Assembly (NCBI GenBank): GCA_051859245.1
Contig: JBHYGA010000010.1
Span: 1-64,000 of the forward strand
Source of the DNA: Gemmatimonadaceae bacterium
GTDB taxonomy: Bacteria; Gemmatimonadota; Gemmatimonadetes; Gemmatimonadales; Gemmatimonadaceae
Reading direction: 5' to 3'
DNA length: 64,000 bases
Part shown: piece after piece, positions 20,659 to 30,163 of the stretch
Layout of the letters: each line of letters starts with the position of its first letter
Position numbering within the stretch: the stretch's first letter is position 1
Position numbers and translations under genes: made by a program
Notes under the pieces: generated by a model
Database searches by the model: none
Seen by the model: only the letters and a program-made list of their open reading frames with translations
What the model was told of the DNA's origin: nothing

Positions 20659-20997
20659 TCAGATAAACGGCTGACGTGCGGACACTACGATCTCCGTTTC
20701 ACCTTTGTACGCGCGCACCCGCCATTGAGCGCCGCTATCCGGAACGAAGAGCGGTGGGAGCGGCGCCACCGTGTCTGCGGCCTGATGATCGTGAATCACA
20801 CGACCCTGCAGATCGAGAATCTCCGTGTGGTAGCGAGTTGCACCTTGTACCGGATGCCACACGAGCAAGCCCGCGCGCTCACCCACCACGTTGATGGACA
20901 CGTCGTTCGAGCCCGATCGATCGCACGCCATCAGACTCAACATCAGGAATGTCGCCACGACAGGCGTCGCGCCGCGGCAGAAGAGGTTCGTATGCAT
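20659..20997 (-). CDS. Small putative lipoprotein
   Basis: Hydrophobic stretch with lipobox LMAC; beta-rich Fn3-like body (LVWHPVQGATRY...WRVRAY). Confidence 0.6.
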   Translation of the reverse strand: MHTNLFCRGATPVVATFLMLSLMACDRSGSNDVSINVVGERAGLLVWHPVQGATRYHTEILDLQGRVIHDHQAADTVAPLPPLFVPDSGAQWRVRAYKGETEIVVSARQPFI

Positions 20998-21087
20998 AAC
21001 ACAACATGATCGCATCAAATCCTCTGATGCAAGCAGTTCGCACCGCAGGCACTGGCGGTGCGGACGCTGATCGGCCAGAATAGCAGC

Positions 21088-22815
21088 ATGTCCCACTCTC
21101 CAGCCTCCGTCTCTTCCTCGACATCCGTACAAGGATCGGCGGACAAACTGGCGCGTCACGCCGGCGCTGCAGTAGCGGTGCGCGGCGAGACCATTACGGC
21201 GTTGGCCAATCACGCCTTTGACCTCATCATCATTGGCGGGGGCATCACGGGGGCAGGAACCGCTCGTGAGGCGGCAATCCGTGGCCTGCGCGTAGCGCTT
21301 GTGGAGCGAGACGACTTTGCATCTGGCACCTCGAGCCGGTCATCGCGCCTGGTGCACGGCGGCGTGCGATATCTCGAACACGGACATCTCGGCTTGGTGT
21401 TCGAGGCGAGTCGTGAACGTCGATTACTGCTGAAGCTGGCGCCGCATCTGGTACGCCCGTTGGCGTTCACGTGGCCGGTGTACCGGGATGCACGCGTGCC
21501 CAAGTGGAAGTTGCGTGCTGGACTTGCGCTCTACGACGCGCTCTCGCTCTTTCGCAACGTCGGCCGCCATCAGTCGCTCAGTCCCGATGAAGTGATTGAC
21601 GCGGAGCCGGCGCTCGATCGCAACGCGCTCACTGGCGGTGCGCGTTACTGGGATGCCGCAACCGATGACACGCGTCTCGTACTCGCCACCGTGATTGCCG
21701 CGCGTGAAGCAGGCGCGGTGGTGGCAAACCATGTGGAAGTCACCGGCGGCATTGATCAGAACGGGATGCTGGCTGGCGTTCTGGTACGGGATCGGTTGCG
21801 CGACCAACAGTTCGCGGTTCGTGCGCCACTCGTGATCAACTGCACTGGCCCATGGAGTGATGTCACGGCGTCGCTCACCGGACTGCCGAGTTCACACGCG
21901 GTGCACGGTGCGGTGGGTGCACACATTGCGGTGTCGCGCCAACGACTCGGCAACAAAGACGCGATCACGATTACATCGCCGCTTGATGGTCGCGTGATGT
22001 TTGTGCTGCCAGCCGGTGTTCACACGATCATCGGTACCACGGAACGACCCGCCACCGGCGGACCCGACGATGTGCGCGCGTCGGCGCAGGAAATCGCCTA
22101 TCTGTTGCGCTCCGTGAACATGCGCTTCCCGTATGCCAATCTGAAATCCGAAGACGTGATCAGTGCGTGGGCTGGGATTCGTCCGCTTGCCGCATCGCAA
22201 ACCGGTACCGCGCGTGATACGGGCAGTGCGTCTCGTGAGCATGCCATTGTGCGCGCGCCGAATGGTCTGGTGAGTGTGACCGGCGGAAAACTCACCACAT
22301 ATCGCGCCATGGCCATTGATATTGCCGACAAAGCCACGGGGCACAAGGCCACCAGTGACGCGCACGAACGCAGCGAACGTGAAGTACTCCCGGGCGGTGA
22401 CATTGAGTCACTGGAGCACGCCGAGCACGAAGCGTCGGTGACGGTCGGCGACACGGCGGTTGGCGAACGTCTGGCCCGTGCGTACGGCAGTCGCTGGCGC
22501 AACGTGTGGAGTTACGCACAACGCGATCCCAACCTGCGCTCGCGTCTCGTAGACCAACTGCCGTACATGCTGGCCGAGGTCGCGCACGCCGTTGAACGGG
22601 AAGCGGCATGCACATTCGCCGACGTACTGGTGCGTCGAACACACGTGGCGTTTGAAACGCGCGATCACGGCGTTGGTGCGGCAGAACGCATTGCGCCGCT
22701 CATGGCCGCGCTGCTCGAGTGGACAGACGATGAGCGTGATGCCGCGCTGGAGGCGTATCGCAGCGATGCGAAACGCCTCTTCAGCGTGGATCAGATTTCG
22801 GCGGCTTCGTCGTGA
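21088..22815 (+). CDS. glpD: FAD-dependent glycerol-3-phosphate dehydrogenase
   Basis: IIGGGITG, DFASGTSSRSSRLVHGGVRYLE, AWAGIRPL, SREH, GGKLTTYR. Confidence 0.93.
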   Translation: MSHSPASVSSSTSVQGSADKLARHAGAAVAVRGETITALANHAFDLIIIGGGITGAGTAREAAIRGLRVALVERDDFASGTSSRSSRLVHGGVRYLEHGHLGLVFEASRERRLLLKLAPHLVRPLAFTWPVYRDARVPKWKLRAGLALYDALSLFRNVGRHQSLSPDEVIDAEPALDRNALTGGARYWDAATDDTRLVLATVIAAREAGAVVANHVEVTGGIDQNGMLAGVLVRDRLRDQQFAVRAPLVINCTGPWSDVTASLTGLPSSHAVHGAVGAHIAVSRQRLGNKDAITITSPLDGRVMFVLPAGVHTIIGTTERPATGGPDDVRASAQEIAYLLRSVNMRFPYANLKSEDVISAWAGIRPLAASQTGTARDTGSASREHAIVRAPNGLVSVTGGKLTTYRAMAIDIADKATGHKATSDAHERSEREVLPGGDIESLEHAEHEASVTVGDTAVGERLARAYGSRWRNVWSYAQRDPNLRSRLVDQLPYMLAEVAHAVEREAACTFADVLVRRTHVAFETRDHGVGAAERIAPLMAALLEWTDDERDAALEAYRSDAKRLFSVDQISAASS

Positions 22816-23270
22816 ATGGTGACGAGTTCGAGCACGGTCAGCTTGCGCACCATTGACGGCAACTTGAGAAACGCCGTTTCTCCGACCGCTTTGCCAGACA
22901 GTGCAAGACCGATCGGTGAACCCATCGTCACGTGCCCCTCTTCAAAGTCGGCGGAATCACCGAACACGAGGTGATACGTCTCGCGGCTCTTGGTCGCCTG
23001 GTCTTCCACTACAACTTTTGAGCCGAGTCCCACACGGTCACTCGGGATCTGATCCATTTCGATCTGACCGAGCTTGCTCAGGCGCATGTTGAGCTGTCCG
23101 AGACGCGCCTGCACGAACTGCTGACGTTCGAGCGCAGCCTTGTACTCGGAGTTCTCCTTCAAGTCACCCATCTCCACGGCGCGACGGATTTCCGCCGGGA
23201 GGACGATGTGGAGTTCGTGCGTGAGTTTTTCTACTTCACCACGAAGCTTGGCCTTGAGTTCTTCGAGCAT
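22791..23270 (-). CDS. greA: GreA/GreB transcription elongation factor
   Basis: GDLKENSEY motif, coiled coil, SPIGLALSGK; start ATG 23270 or GTG 23279. Confidence 0.88.
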   Translation of the reverse strand: MLEELKAKLRGEVEKLTHELHIVLPAEIRRAVEMGDLKENSEYKAALERQQFVQARLGQLNMRLSKLGQIEMDQIPSDRVGLGSKVVVEDQATKSRETYHLVFGDSADFEEGHVTMGSPIGLALSGKAVGETAFLKLPSMVRKLTVLELVTIHDEAAEI

Positions 23271-23330
23271 GGCGGGCACCGGAGATAGTCACGAGCCCCG
23301 CCTCATCGCACAATGCGGTGAAGCCGGGGC

Positions 23331-23372
23331 AAATAGAAAATGAGCGCCCGGGCCGTTGGGGCCGGGCGCGTC
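23331..23372 (-). terminator. Terminator-like hairpin within the greA leader
   Basis: Minus strand GCGCCCGG-ccccaacggc-CCGGGCGC then TCATTTTCTATTT. Confidence 0.7.
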
Positions 23373-23383
23373 TCTGTTCATGA

Positions 23384-23411
23384 AATCTAGCCCACGGTAC
23401 GCGGGACTCAA
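23384..23411 (-). promoter_or_regulatory. Putative sigma70 promoter for greA
   Basis: Minus strand TTGAGT-N16-TAGATT. Confidence 0.55.
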
Positions 23412-23458
23412 GGGTTACGCGCGCGTCGGACCTCTCGCGAACGGCCTGGGCACCGCTG

Positions 23459-24940
23459 CTACGGCGCGCCACGAATGGGCGTGTTCTGTTCGAAATCGTA
23501 CATCGTGAGTCTGCGTAAGCGGTAATACGCCACCCAGTAACCACGCAGCGCCTGCAGATACGCCTGCAACGCACCGTCCTTCTCTGTTTGTGCCTGATAG
23601 AGATTATCAATACCGATGCGACCAATCACATATCGATTCTTGGCCACATCAAATCGCTTGGCACCAACGGTGTCCGCTTTGGCGGCGACTTGCAGCACCC
23701 GTTCAGCCAGTGCCAGCTGCAGCGCCGCAAAATGTGCATCTTGCACCGTTTGCTCACGCGTCTGTCGGTTGGAAAACTCCTGACGCGACAGATCCGCTTT
23801 GGCGGCTTCGATCTGTCCACCGCGGGCGCCCCACTGCAACACGGGAATCTGCACACCCACCGCAAATCGCTGTGCCTGACGCAGGTCCTGATACACAGCG
23901 CCCGCCTCCGCGCCCGTCTGGTTAAAACCAACCGACGCCTGCACACTCGCGCCGGGCCCGGTACCAAATCGTGATTCCGAGACGCGGCGTTCCGCCTGCA
24001 CTTCGCTCAGTTCAAGCTCTTGCAACGCGGCGCGATTCTTGAGTGCTTCGCGAACGGCCGTCGCAGTGTCGGCCACAACACGAGGGATGTCTGTGGGCAC
24101 CGTCAGCCGAACCGGCGCACCCACAGGCAAATCAAGCGCCAGTCGAAGCGCCGCCAGTGTACGGTCATGCTCCAATCGCGCGGCATCGACAGCGTTCCGC
24201 GCACGCAGCAACGCCAGCTCGCTCTGCAAAAGGTCATTCTCGCCAATGCGACCGACTTCAAAACGTCCTTCGTTCAACGTGTAGAGGCTGTCGTTGACAG
24301 CCACGTTTGTTTCTGCGTTCTCGAGGCCCACCCGAGCGTTGTAGTGATCGAAAAACGCATTGGTAGTGGCAATGGCGATTTCTTCGAGTGCTTCGGCGTA
24401 GGTTCGTTCCGAAATATCGTAGCGCAGATCCTGCTCGCGATTGTCCCAGCGCTGACGATTCGGACGAAAGAGATCCTGACGAATGCCCACCAGCAGCGGC
24501 GTTGACTGCCACGTGCGAATCTCCCGGTCGCCCGAGACATCGAGACGTGATAACGAGGAGTTCACGAACAGATCACCACCCGTGATGGGCAGCCGCTGGG
24601 TAACCTGCGCGGTGAGCGCGGCTTCATTCTGCTGCTGTGGCCGAAACACCGTGGACCCGTCGGGTTGCAGCACGGGAATGATCGACCGGTTGTACACCGG
24701 AAGGTTTCCGTTGAGCGAGAGCTGTGGCAACAGCGCGCCGGCGAAGGCGCGGTCTCGCTGACGAGCGGCGTTGCGCTGTGCCACGGCGGCTTTAGCCTGC
24801 AGTCCCTGTCGCTGCGCGCGCTCTACCGCATCGCGCAGTGTGAACTCCATGGCTTGCTGCGCGTGCAACGGCGCGTGATGAACAGGCGCAAACAGAATGA
24901 GCGCGCCCAGTGCGAGCGCCGAGATCGAGATGTGCTTCAT
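23459..24940 (-). CDS. TolC family outer membrane efflux protein
   Basis: Signal peptide, LLPQLSL, helical repeats (RFEVGRI...LLQSEL; RYVIGRI), C-terminal YRLRRLT. Confidence 0.88.
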   Translation of the reverse strand: MKHISISALALGALILFAPVHHAPLHAQQAMEFTLRDAVERAQRQGLQAKAAVAQRNAARQRDRAFAGALLPQLSLNGNLPVYNRSIIPVLQPDGSTVFRPQQQNEAALTAQVTQRLPITGGDLFVNSSLSRLDVSGDREIRTWQSTPLLVGIRQDLFRPNRQRWDNREQDLRYDISERTYAEALEEIAIATTNAFFDHYNARVGLENAETNVAVNDSLYTLNEGRFEVGRIGENDLLQSELALLRARNAVDAARLEHDRTLAALRLALDLPVGAPVRLTVPTDIPRVVADTATAVREALKNRAALQELELSEVQAERRVSESRFGTGPGASVQASVGFNQTGAEAGAVYQDLRQAQRFAVGVQIPVLQWGARGGQIEAAKADLSRQEFSNRQTREQTVQDAHFAALQLALAERVLQVAAKADTVGAKRFDVAKNRYVIGRIGIDNLYQAQTEKDGALQAYLQALRGYWVAYYRLRRLTMYDFEQNTPIRGAP

Positions 24941-26334
24941 TCGTAGCGAAGGCAGACGACGGGATCCTGACGCGCAGCGCGCCACGCCGGCACGATGCCG
25001 AACACAAGACCAACGGTGAGGGATACGCCAAACGCCACAATGATCGAAAGCGGAGCGACCAGCGTGCGAATACCAGCAAACTGTTCAATCGCAGCACTGA
25101 TTCCCGCGCCAACAAGAATGCCGGCCGTGCCGCCAACGACTGAGATAAGCACTGCCTCAACCAGGAATTGCGCCAGAATGTTCTCCTGCGTCGCGCCCAT
25201 CGCTCGCCGCACGCCAATCTCCCGAATGCGCTCAAGAATAGACGCGAGCATGATGTTCATGATGCCAATACCACCAACGATCAGTGAAATCGAGGCAATC
25301 GCGCCGAGCACCACGTTGAAGATTGTTTTGGTGCGCTGCTCCTGCTTGAGCAGCAGCTCCGGCACCGTGATCTGGTAGTCCACAACCGCGTTGTGCCGGC
25401 GGGCCAGCAGACGACGCATCACATCAGCAACCTGCGGTACGGCCGATGCCTCACTCACGCGCACAATGATGCGATCCAGCTGGTGCGGGTTGGTACGCTC
25501 CGTACGTGTTTCTTCAGACTCTTCTTCGCCACCCACCACCACCATGCCCTCCGCCTGCGCAGCGGTTTCTACGCCTTGCACCGTGAGTCGCGCACGATCG
25601 CGAATACGCAGTAGCATGGTGCGTACCGGCACATACACATCCATCGACGCATCGCGAATACCCAGCTTGTCGGCGTTTTCACCAATCGTTTGCCGATCGG
25701 CGAGCACCCCGACCACGGTGAACCAGTGCTCTCCCACTTTGATACGTCGGCCAATTGGCTCTTCCGTGGTAAAGAACCGATTGCGCACACCGTGTCCGAT
25801 AATCGCCACGGGTCGTTCGCCCGTTGCTTGCGCCGCCGAAAACAAGGTGCCCTGCGCAATCTCAAGATTGAGCAACCGGAAGTAACTCGTGTCCACACCC
25901 ACAACACGCCCCGAGCGCCGCACACCCTCGCGCGTGATGGTGGTGTTCACCACGATCTCACCCGACACCGCGTCGAGCTGCGGAATGACACGCCGAATTG
26001 CCTCCACATCGCCCACGCTCAAACCGGGTGAGTACTTTTTCGGCTGTTTGCTTTCTGATTCGCTTTCCGCTTTTCCTTCTTCCTGCTCCACGTACGGCGT
26101 TACGATCACATTGTTCGTGCCGAGCAACCGCATCTGCTCAAGAATCTCCTGCTCGGCGCCTTTGCCAATGGCGAGCATGGCAATCACCGAGGCAACGCCA
26201 AAAAGAATTCCGAGCGAGGTGAGTCCGGCCCGCAGACGATTGTGGGTGACCGCCTCAAGCGCCGTGCGGAGCGCAAAGAGCCCCTGCGTTGTGATGCGCG
26301 CGTACGCGGCGCGCGCTCGCTCAAGGCGTGTCAC
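24937..26334 (-). CDS. MacB/FtsX-like ABC transporter permease without NBD
   Basis: LTSLGILFGVASVIAM, GGIGIMNIMLASILERIREIGVRRAMGA, FGIVPAWRAA. Confidence 0.9.
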   Translation of the reverse strand: MTRLERARAAYARITTQGLFALRTALEAVTHNRLRAGLTSLGILFGVASVIAMLAIGKGAEQEILEQMRLLGTNNVIVTPYVEQEEGKAESESESKQPKKYSPGLSVGDVEAIRRVIPQLDAVSGEIVVNTTITREGVRRSGRVVGVDTSYFRLLNLEIAQGTLFSAAQATGERPVAIIGHGVRNRFFTTEEPIGRRIKVGEHWFTVVGVLADRQTIGENADKLGIRDASMDVYVPVRTMLLRIRDRARLTVQGVETAAQAEGMVVVGGEEESEETRTERTNPHQLDRIIVRVSEASAVPQVADVMRRLLARRHNAVVDYQITVPELLLKQEQRTKTIFNVVLGAIASISLIVGGIGIMNIMLASILERIREIGVRRAMGATQENILAQFLVEAVLISVVGGTAGILVGAGISAAIEQFAGIRTLVAPLSIIVAFGVSLTVGLVFGIVPAWRAARQDPVVCLRYE

Positions 26335-27583
26335 CGGCGAGTCGGCTGGTGTTCACCTTGCTGGCATCAGTCGGCGGTACCAGGAGCACCTCTTCGCCTT
26401 CGGCTAACCCGGCGGACACAACAACGTGCGTATCGTTCATTGCACCGGTCGTGATCTCCTGTTTGACCAAGCGTCCGCTGCGACGCACGAACACAAACGG
26501 AATGTTCTCCTCGCTCGTGACGGCTTCCAGCGGCACCGACAGCACGTCGGTCAGTCTCGCGGTTTCGATCAGGTTGCCGGTGGTCATGCCCGGGCGCAGC
26601 GTGGTATCCGGCGCCGTGACCGTGACTTTCACTTCAAACACTTTTGCGTCGGAGTTCGGACGCTGTTCGCCAACATTGGCGACGGCCGTCACGGTGCCTT
26701 CGAGCAGTTTGTTGGGGTCGGAGTCGAGCGTGATTCTCACCGGCTGACCCACCAGCACCTTTCGCACATCGATCTCGTTGATGTACGTCATGGATTCCAT
26801 TTTGGTGAGATCGGGTAGTGTGGCTACCGCCGGCTCCCACGGATTCACCTGCGCGCCGGCGCCCTTCTTTCGGCCGTTCCATTCGCGCACGTAGATCACC
26901 ATACCGGACGACGGAGCGCGGACTGTGAATCCCTCCATCACTTCCATGACTACGCGCTGCAGACTCTTCTGCCGTTCCAGGTCGGCGCCCACTTCACGCA
27001 TCTTCGCTTGCGCCTGTTCGGTGCGTGTCACGAGATCGATCTTTCCCTGTGCAAGCGCGCGTTCGGCGCGCTCAAAATCAATGGCCGCCTGCCGCTGTAC
27101 ACTTGGCGCTTCGAACTTGGCCTGATCACGCGCAATGCGCTTTTCCTCAAGCGCCAGCTCCATTCCGCGCAAGTCTTCACGCGCTTTGGAAAGGTTCAGC
27201 GTGGAATCGAGCATCGCCTGCTCGTACAGCGCCTCTGACTTCTGCACGTTCAGCGCAGTCTCTTGCATCTTGCTCGCCAAAGTTGATCGATCAAGCTCGG
27301 CCACTACGTCGCCTTCTTTCACGAGCGTACCCTCGGGCACGATCGTCGCGATTTTCATTTGAAACGCACCCGCTTGCTGTGCGTTGGCCGGTCCCTGGAT
27401 CTGCACGAACGACGACGAGCGCAGCTCGCCAGCCGATGAGACCGGCACGATGAAATCACCTTTCGTGACAACAGCGGTCAATGACGCATCGTCTTTCGGC
27501 GAATCGGCCAGCAGCCACGCGGCAGAGGCGACGACGAGCACGGCGAGGGCACCGATGAATCGGCGCGAGCGGAGCAGTTGCAT
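26321..27583 (-). CDS. Efflux membrane fusion (periplasmic adaptor) protein
   Basis: N-terminal anchor, VKEGDVVAELD, long hairpin, VRAPSSG, LRPGMT, GLAEGEEV. Confidence 0.88.
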   Translation of the reverse strand: MQLLRSRRFIGALAVLVVASAAWLLADSPKDDASLTAVVTKGDFIVPVSSAGELRSSSFVQIQGPANAQQAGAFQMKIATIVPEGTLVKEGDVVAELDRSTLASKMQETALNVQKSEALYEQAMLDSTLNLSKAREDLRGMELALEEKRIARDQAKFEAPSVQRQAAIDFERAERALAQGKIDLVTRTEQAQAKMREVGADLERQKSLQRVVMEVMEGFTVRAPSSGMVIYVREWNGRKKGAGAQVNPWEPAVATLPDLTKMESMTYINEIDVRKVLVGQPVRITLDSDPNKLLEGTVTAVANVGEQRPNSDAKVFEVKVTVTAPDTTLRPGMTTGNLIETARLTDVLSVPLEAVTSEENIPFVFVRRSGRLVKQEITTGAMNDTHVVVSAGLAEGEEVLLVPPTDASKVNTSRLAGDTP

Positions 27584-27896
27584 GAGTCAAACCGCTGCAA
27601 GGTGGGATGAAACGTGCGCACGCGCGGACGTTCCGACACATCTGACACCACAAACGCGCCGAAGAGTTGTTTCGGCAATACCAGAAGCGCGACGTTTAAC
27701 CGAATCGTAATTGAAGGAAGGCGAGCTCATCCATAACAGCAATCGCAACGCCAGGAGCGTCACGTACTATTCCGCGCAGGCAACACCTCGCCGTATCTCG
27801 GCAGCTAACCCGGTGGCGAACCGAATCGTCACATTTGGTGTTTGACGTGCGCTAACATTGGTTATCGCATAACTGCTTGCAGGAAATGTCAGCGCT

Positions 27897-28472
27897 TTGG
27901 TGAACACGTATCTCAACGCCATCGACGCCACGCGAACGGAGATGCTTCGTACGGTCGCAGCACTCGATCCGGAGGAGCAGGTGTGGCGCGCCACAGACAG
28001 TACGTGGTCCGCGGTCGAGATCATTGAACATCTGGTGCTGGCGGAACAGGTCGTGCTCGGCGATGTACGAACGGCATCTACACGTGTCCCACACACCGCG
28101 ATCGCACGCGATCGCGTGCGCGCCTTGATCGTGTGGGCCGTGCTTCGCTTTGGTGTGCGCGTATCCGTACCGTCCGAATCCATGCGCCCAAGCGGCGCCG
28201 TATCCTTCAGCGAGCTGCGTGCGCAGTGGATCGAGCAGCATCAGATGCTTCGCGCGTTCGCGGAGTCACTGGATGCGCGCGGACGTCGCAAACGCGTCTT
28301 TCGGCACCCCATTGCTGGCCCGCTCAATGTGCTGCAGGCGTTGCAGCTGCTTGACGCACACCTGCGTACGCATCAACGTCAGCTGGCTCGCGTGCTGGAT
28401 GCACTTCGCCGCGCCGCACGACACACTCCCCAGCCTTCCGAGACCACCGATGCACCAACACCACAGCATTGA
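27897..28472 (+). CDS. DinB family protein
   Basis: WSAVEIIEHL, HPIAGPL, HLRTHQRQ; start TTG 27897 or GTG 27900. Confidence 0.82.
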   Translation: MVNTYLNAIDATRTEMLRTVAALDPEEQVWRATDSTWSAVEIIEHLVLAEQVVLGDVRTASTRVPHTAIARDRVRALIVWAVLRFGVRVSVPSESMRPSGAVSFSELRAQWIEQHQMLRAFAESLDARGRRKRVFRHPIAGPLNVLQALQLLDAHLRTHQRQLARVLDALRRAARHTPQPSETTDAPTPQH

Positions 28473-28797
28473 CTACATCGAGTTCGCCGTCTCCGACCTC
28501 GAAGCCGCCAAGCACTTCTACTCGACTGCGTTCGGTTGGCGCTTCACCGACTACGGGCCGGACTACGCCGGTATTCAGGGCGCGGATCGCGAAGCGGGCG
28601 GCATGTATCGCACCTCCGAACTACGCACCACGGGACCGCTCGTGATTCTCTATTCAGAAAACCTCGCGCAAAGCCTGGCGGCCGTTGAGTCCGCTGGTGG
28701 CAGGATACTCGTTGCACCGTTCGAGTTTCCCGGCGGACGCCGCTTTCATTTTGCCGACCCGAGTGGGAATGAGTTGGCGGTGTGGTCGGAAAAGTGA
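28450..28797 (+). CDS. VOC/glyoxalase family protein
   Basis: IDYIEF, FGWRFTDYGPDY, FPGGRRFHFADPSGNELAVWS. Confidence 0.9.
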   Translation: MHQHHSIDYIEFAVSDLEAAKHFYSTAFGWRFTDYGPDYAGIQGADREAGGMYRTSELRTTGPLVILYSENLAQSLAAVESAGGRILVAPFEFPGGRRFHFADPSGNELAVWSEK

Positions 28798-28804
28798 CAC
28801 CATC

Positions 28805-29260
28805 GTGAGACTTGCTTTCGCACACACAATTCGATTGTTCGCCGCTATGTCGTTCGCGTCGGCGTGCGCCTCATCACCGCCGTCAGTGAATCGTCTCGCC
28901 GCGCTACCAGACGGCGTCATGCGCGGGACGTTCACCGACGACTATGGCAACACGTACAGCATTTCTGACACGCTGTTCACGCAGCAGCCGCACGGCAAGT
29001 TCGAAATAATGGAGTGGCACACGCAGGCGCAGTTCGTGGTCGCGCGCAATGCAGCGACCAACACCAGTGATCCCGGATTGTGGACGCGGATTGACTGGAT
29101 GTTGCTTCCCAACATGTCGCCATACACATGGGCCTTCTGCTTTACCGCGTACCGCGCGCCCACACGCGACGCCGCGCGGAACACACCGGCCGCTGATCGC
29201 AACAATCCGCGCACGGGCTGCAACGGCTATCCCTTCTCGCGCATGAAGCCCGCGTCGTGA
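28805..29260 (+). CDS. Putative lipoprotein of unknown function
   Basis: Lipobox ASAC; GTFTDDYG, WTRIDW, GCNGYPFSRM. Confidence 0.65.
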   Translation: MRLAFAHTIRLFAAMSFASACASSPPSVNRLAALPDGVMRGTFTDDYGNTYSISDTLFTQQPHGKFEIMEWHTQAQFVVARNAATNTSDPGLWTRIDWMLLPNMSPYTWAFCFTAYRAPTRDAARNTPAADRNNPRTGCNGYPFSRMKPAS

Positions 29261-29276
29261 GGGCCGTCGTGTTCCG

Positions 29277-29726
29277 CTACGCCGTGCGATACTCCGCGCG
29301 ATTGCGACTCTCCCAGGCGCGAATGTCGTCGAGGACCGAGGAGTCGCTCCCCGAGTAACGACGACGTGATTCAAGCGGTGACGCATCAGCCGCAATCGCT
29401 TGCTGAATCACGTCGACGGGGATGCGCCAGTGCTGCCAGCGCGAGAAGTACACCTCGCTGCCTTTCCATCCGCTCGCACTGCCAGACTTGAACTCATCGA
29501 GCAGCGGCTGGTTGCCAACCGCGGACTTTCCGAACAGTGGCACGGCGGTGCACAGCCCGGCCGCCGCATCGGCATGCAGAACCAGAAAATCCTGCGCACC
29601 AGTGACCGCGCGGTCACCGTGCGGGCCGTTTTCCGCGTTGGTCAGGCAGTCGCCCCGCACACGAAGCAGCGCCGTATCGAGGCGAACCACAGATCCTGAG
29701 AGTGACGGTGTAGACGATGTCGACAT
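29277..29726 (-). CDS. Hypothetical protein, weak PemK/MazF-like pattern
   Basis: SD-like spacing and compact globular composition; GSVVRLD...FLVL...GLCTAVPL. Confidence 0.6.
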   Translation of the reverse strand: MSTSSTPSLSGSVVRLDTALLRVRGDCLTNAENGPHGDRAVTGAQDFLVLHADAAAGLCTAVPLFGKSAVGNQPLLDEFKSGSASGWKGSEVYFSRWQHWRIPVDVIQQAIAADASPLESRRRYSGSDSSVLDDIRAWESRNRAEYRTA

Positions 29727-29802
29727 GTGTTATACAGAGAGGTGATGTGCCCAGGATACGTCCGGCTCGGCACCAGCTGCCGGAACGCGTTATCTTTCAC
29801 GG

Positions 29803-30072
29803 ATGACTGAAAGCAAGTTATACACGCTGATCGGCGCCGACGGCGGCCGCTACTCCACGCCAACGAAGGGCACCCTTGGCGGCTATCGCAAAGAGCGCCG
29901 CTACGGCCGCCTGGACTGCAAACTGGCCCGCCGCGCGCTTGAGAACGGCGGCCTCTACGCGCAGCAACGCGTGTTCTTTGCCGATGAAGCCACCGCAATC
30001 GCCGCCGGCTACCACCCGTGTGCGGTCTGCATGCCCGAGGAGCACAAAGCGTACAAGAACGGGAAGCGCTGA
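29803..30072 (+). CDS. Stand-alone Ada metal-binding domain protein
   Basis: YGRLDC...RVFFADEATAIAAGYHPCAVC. Confidence 0.85.
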   Translation: MTESKLYTLIGADGGRYSTPTKGTLGGYRKERRYGRLDCKLARRALENGGLYAQQRVFFADEATAIAAGYHPCAVCMPEEHKAYKNGKR

Positions 30073-30163
30073 CGCCCTCTTACAGGGTGGCGGAACGGAT
30101 CGTATTGTTTGTGTCCGGCTATTTCGGTTCACTCCCCCGTTTCACCGCCTCCCGGAGTTACTT

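Noticed and set aside
22791..22815. Convergent glpD/greA overlap
   Set aside because: A 25-bp tail overlap is common and not informative on its own
27584..27896. Possible ncRNA or ECF promoter in a 310-bp divergent intergenic region; mini-ORF MSALW (27886-27903) overlapping the DinB start
   Set aside because: Only short, weak matches; cannot be distinguished from chance
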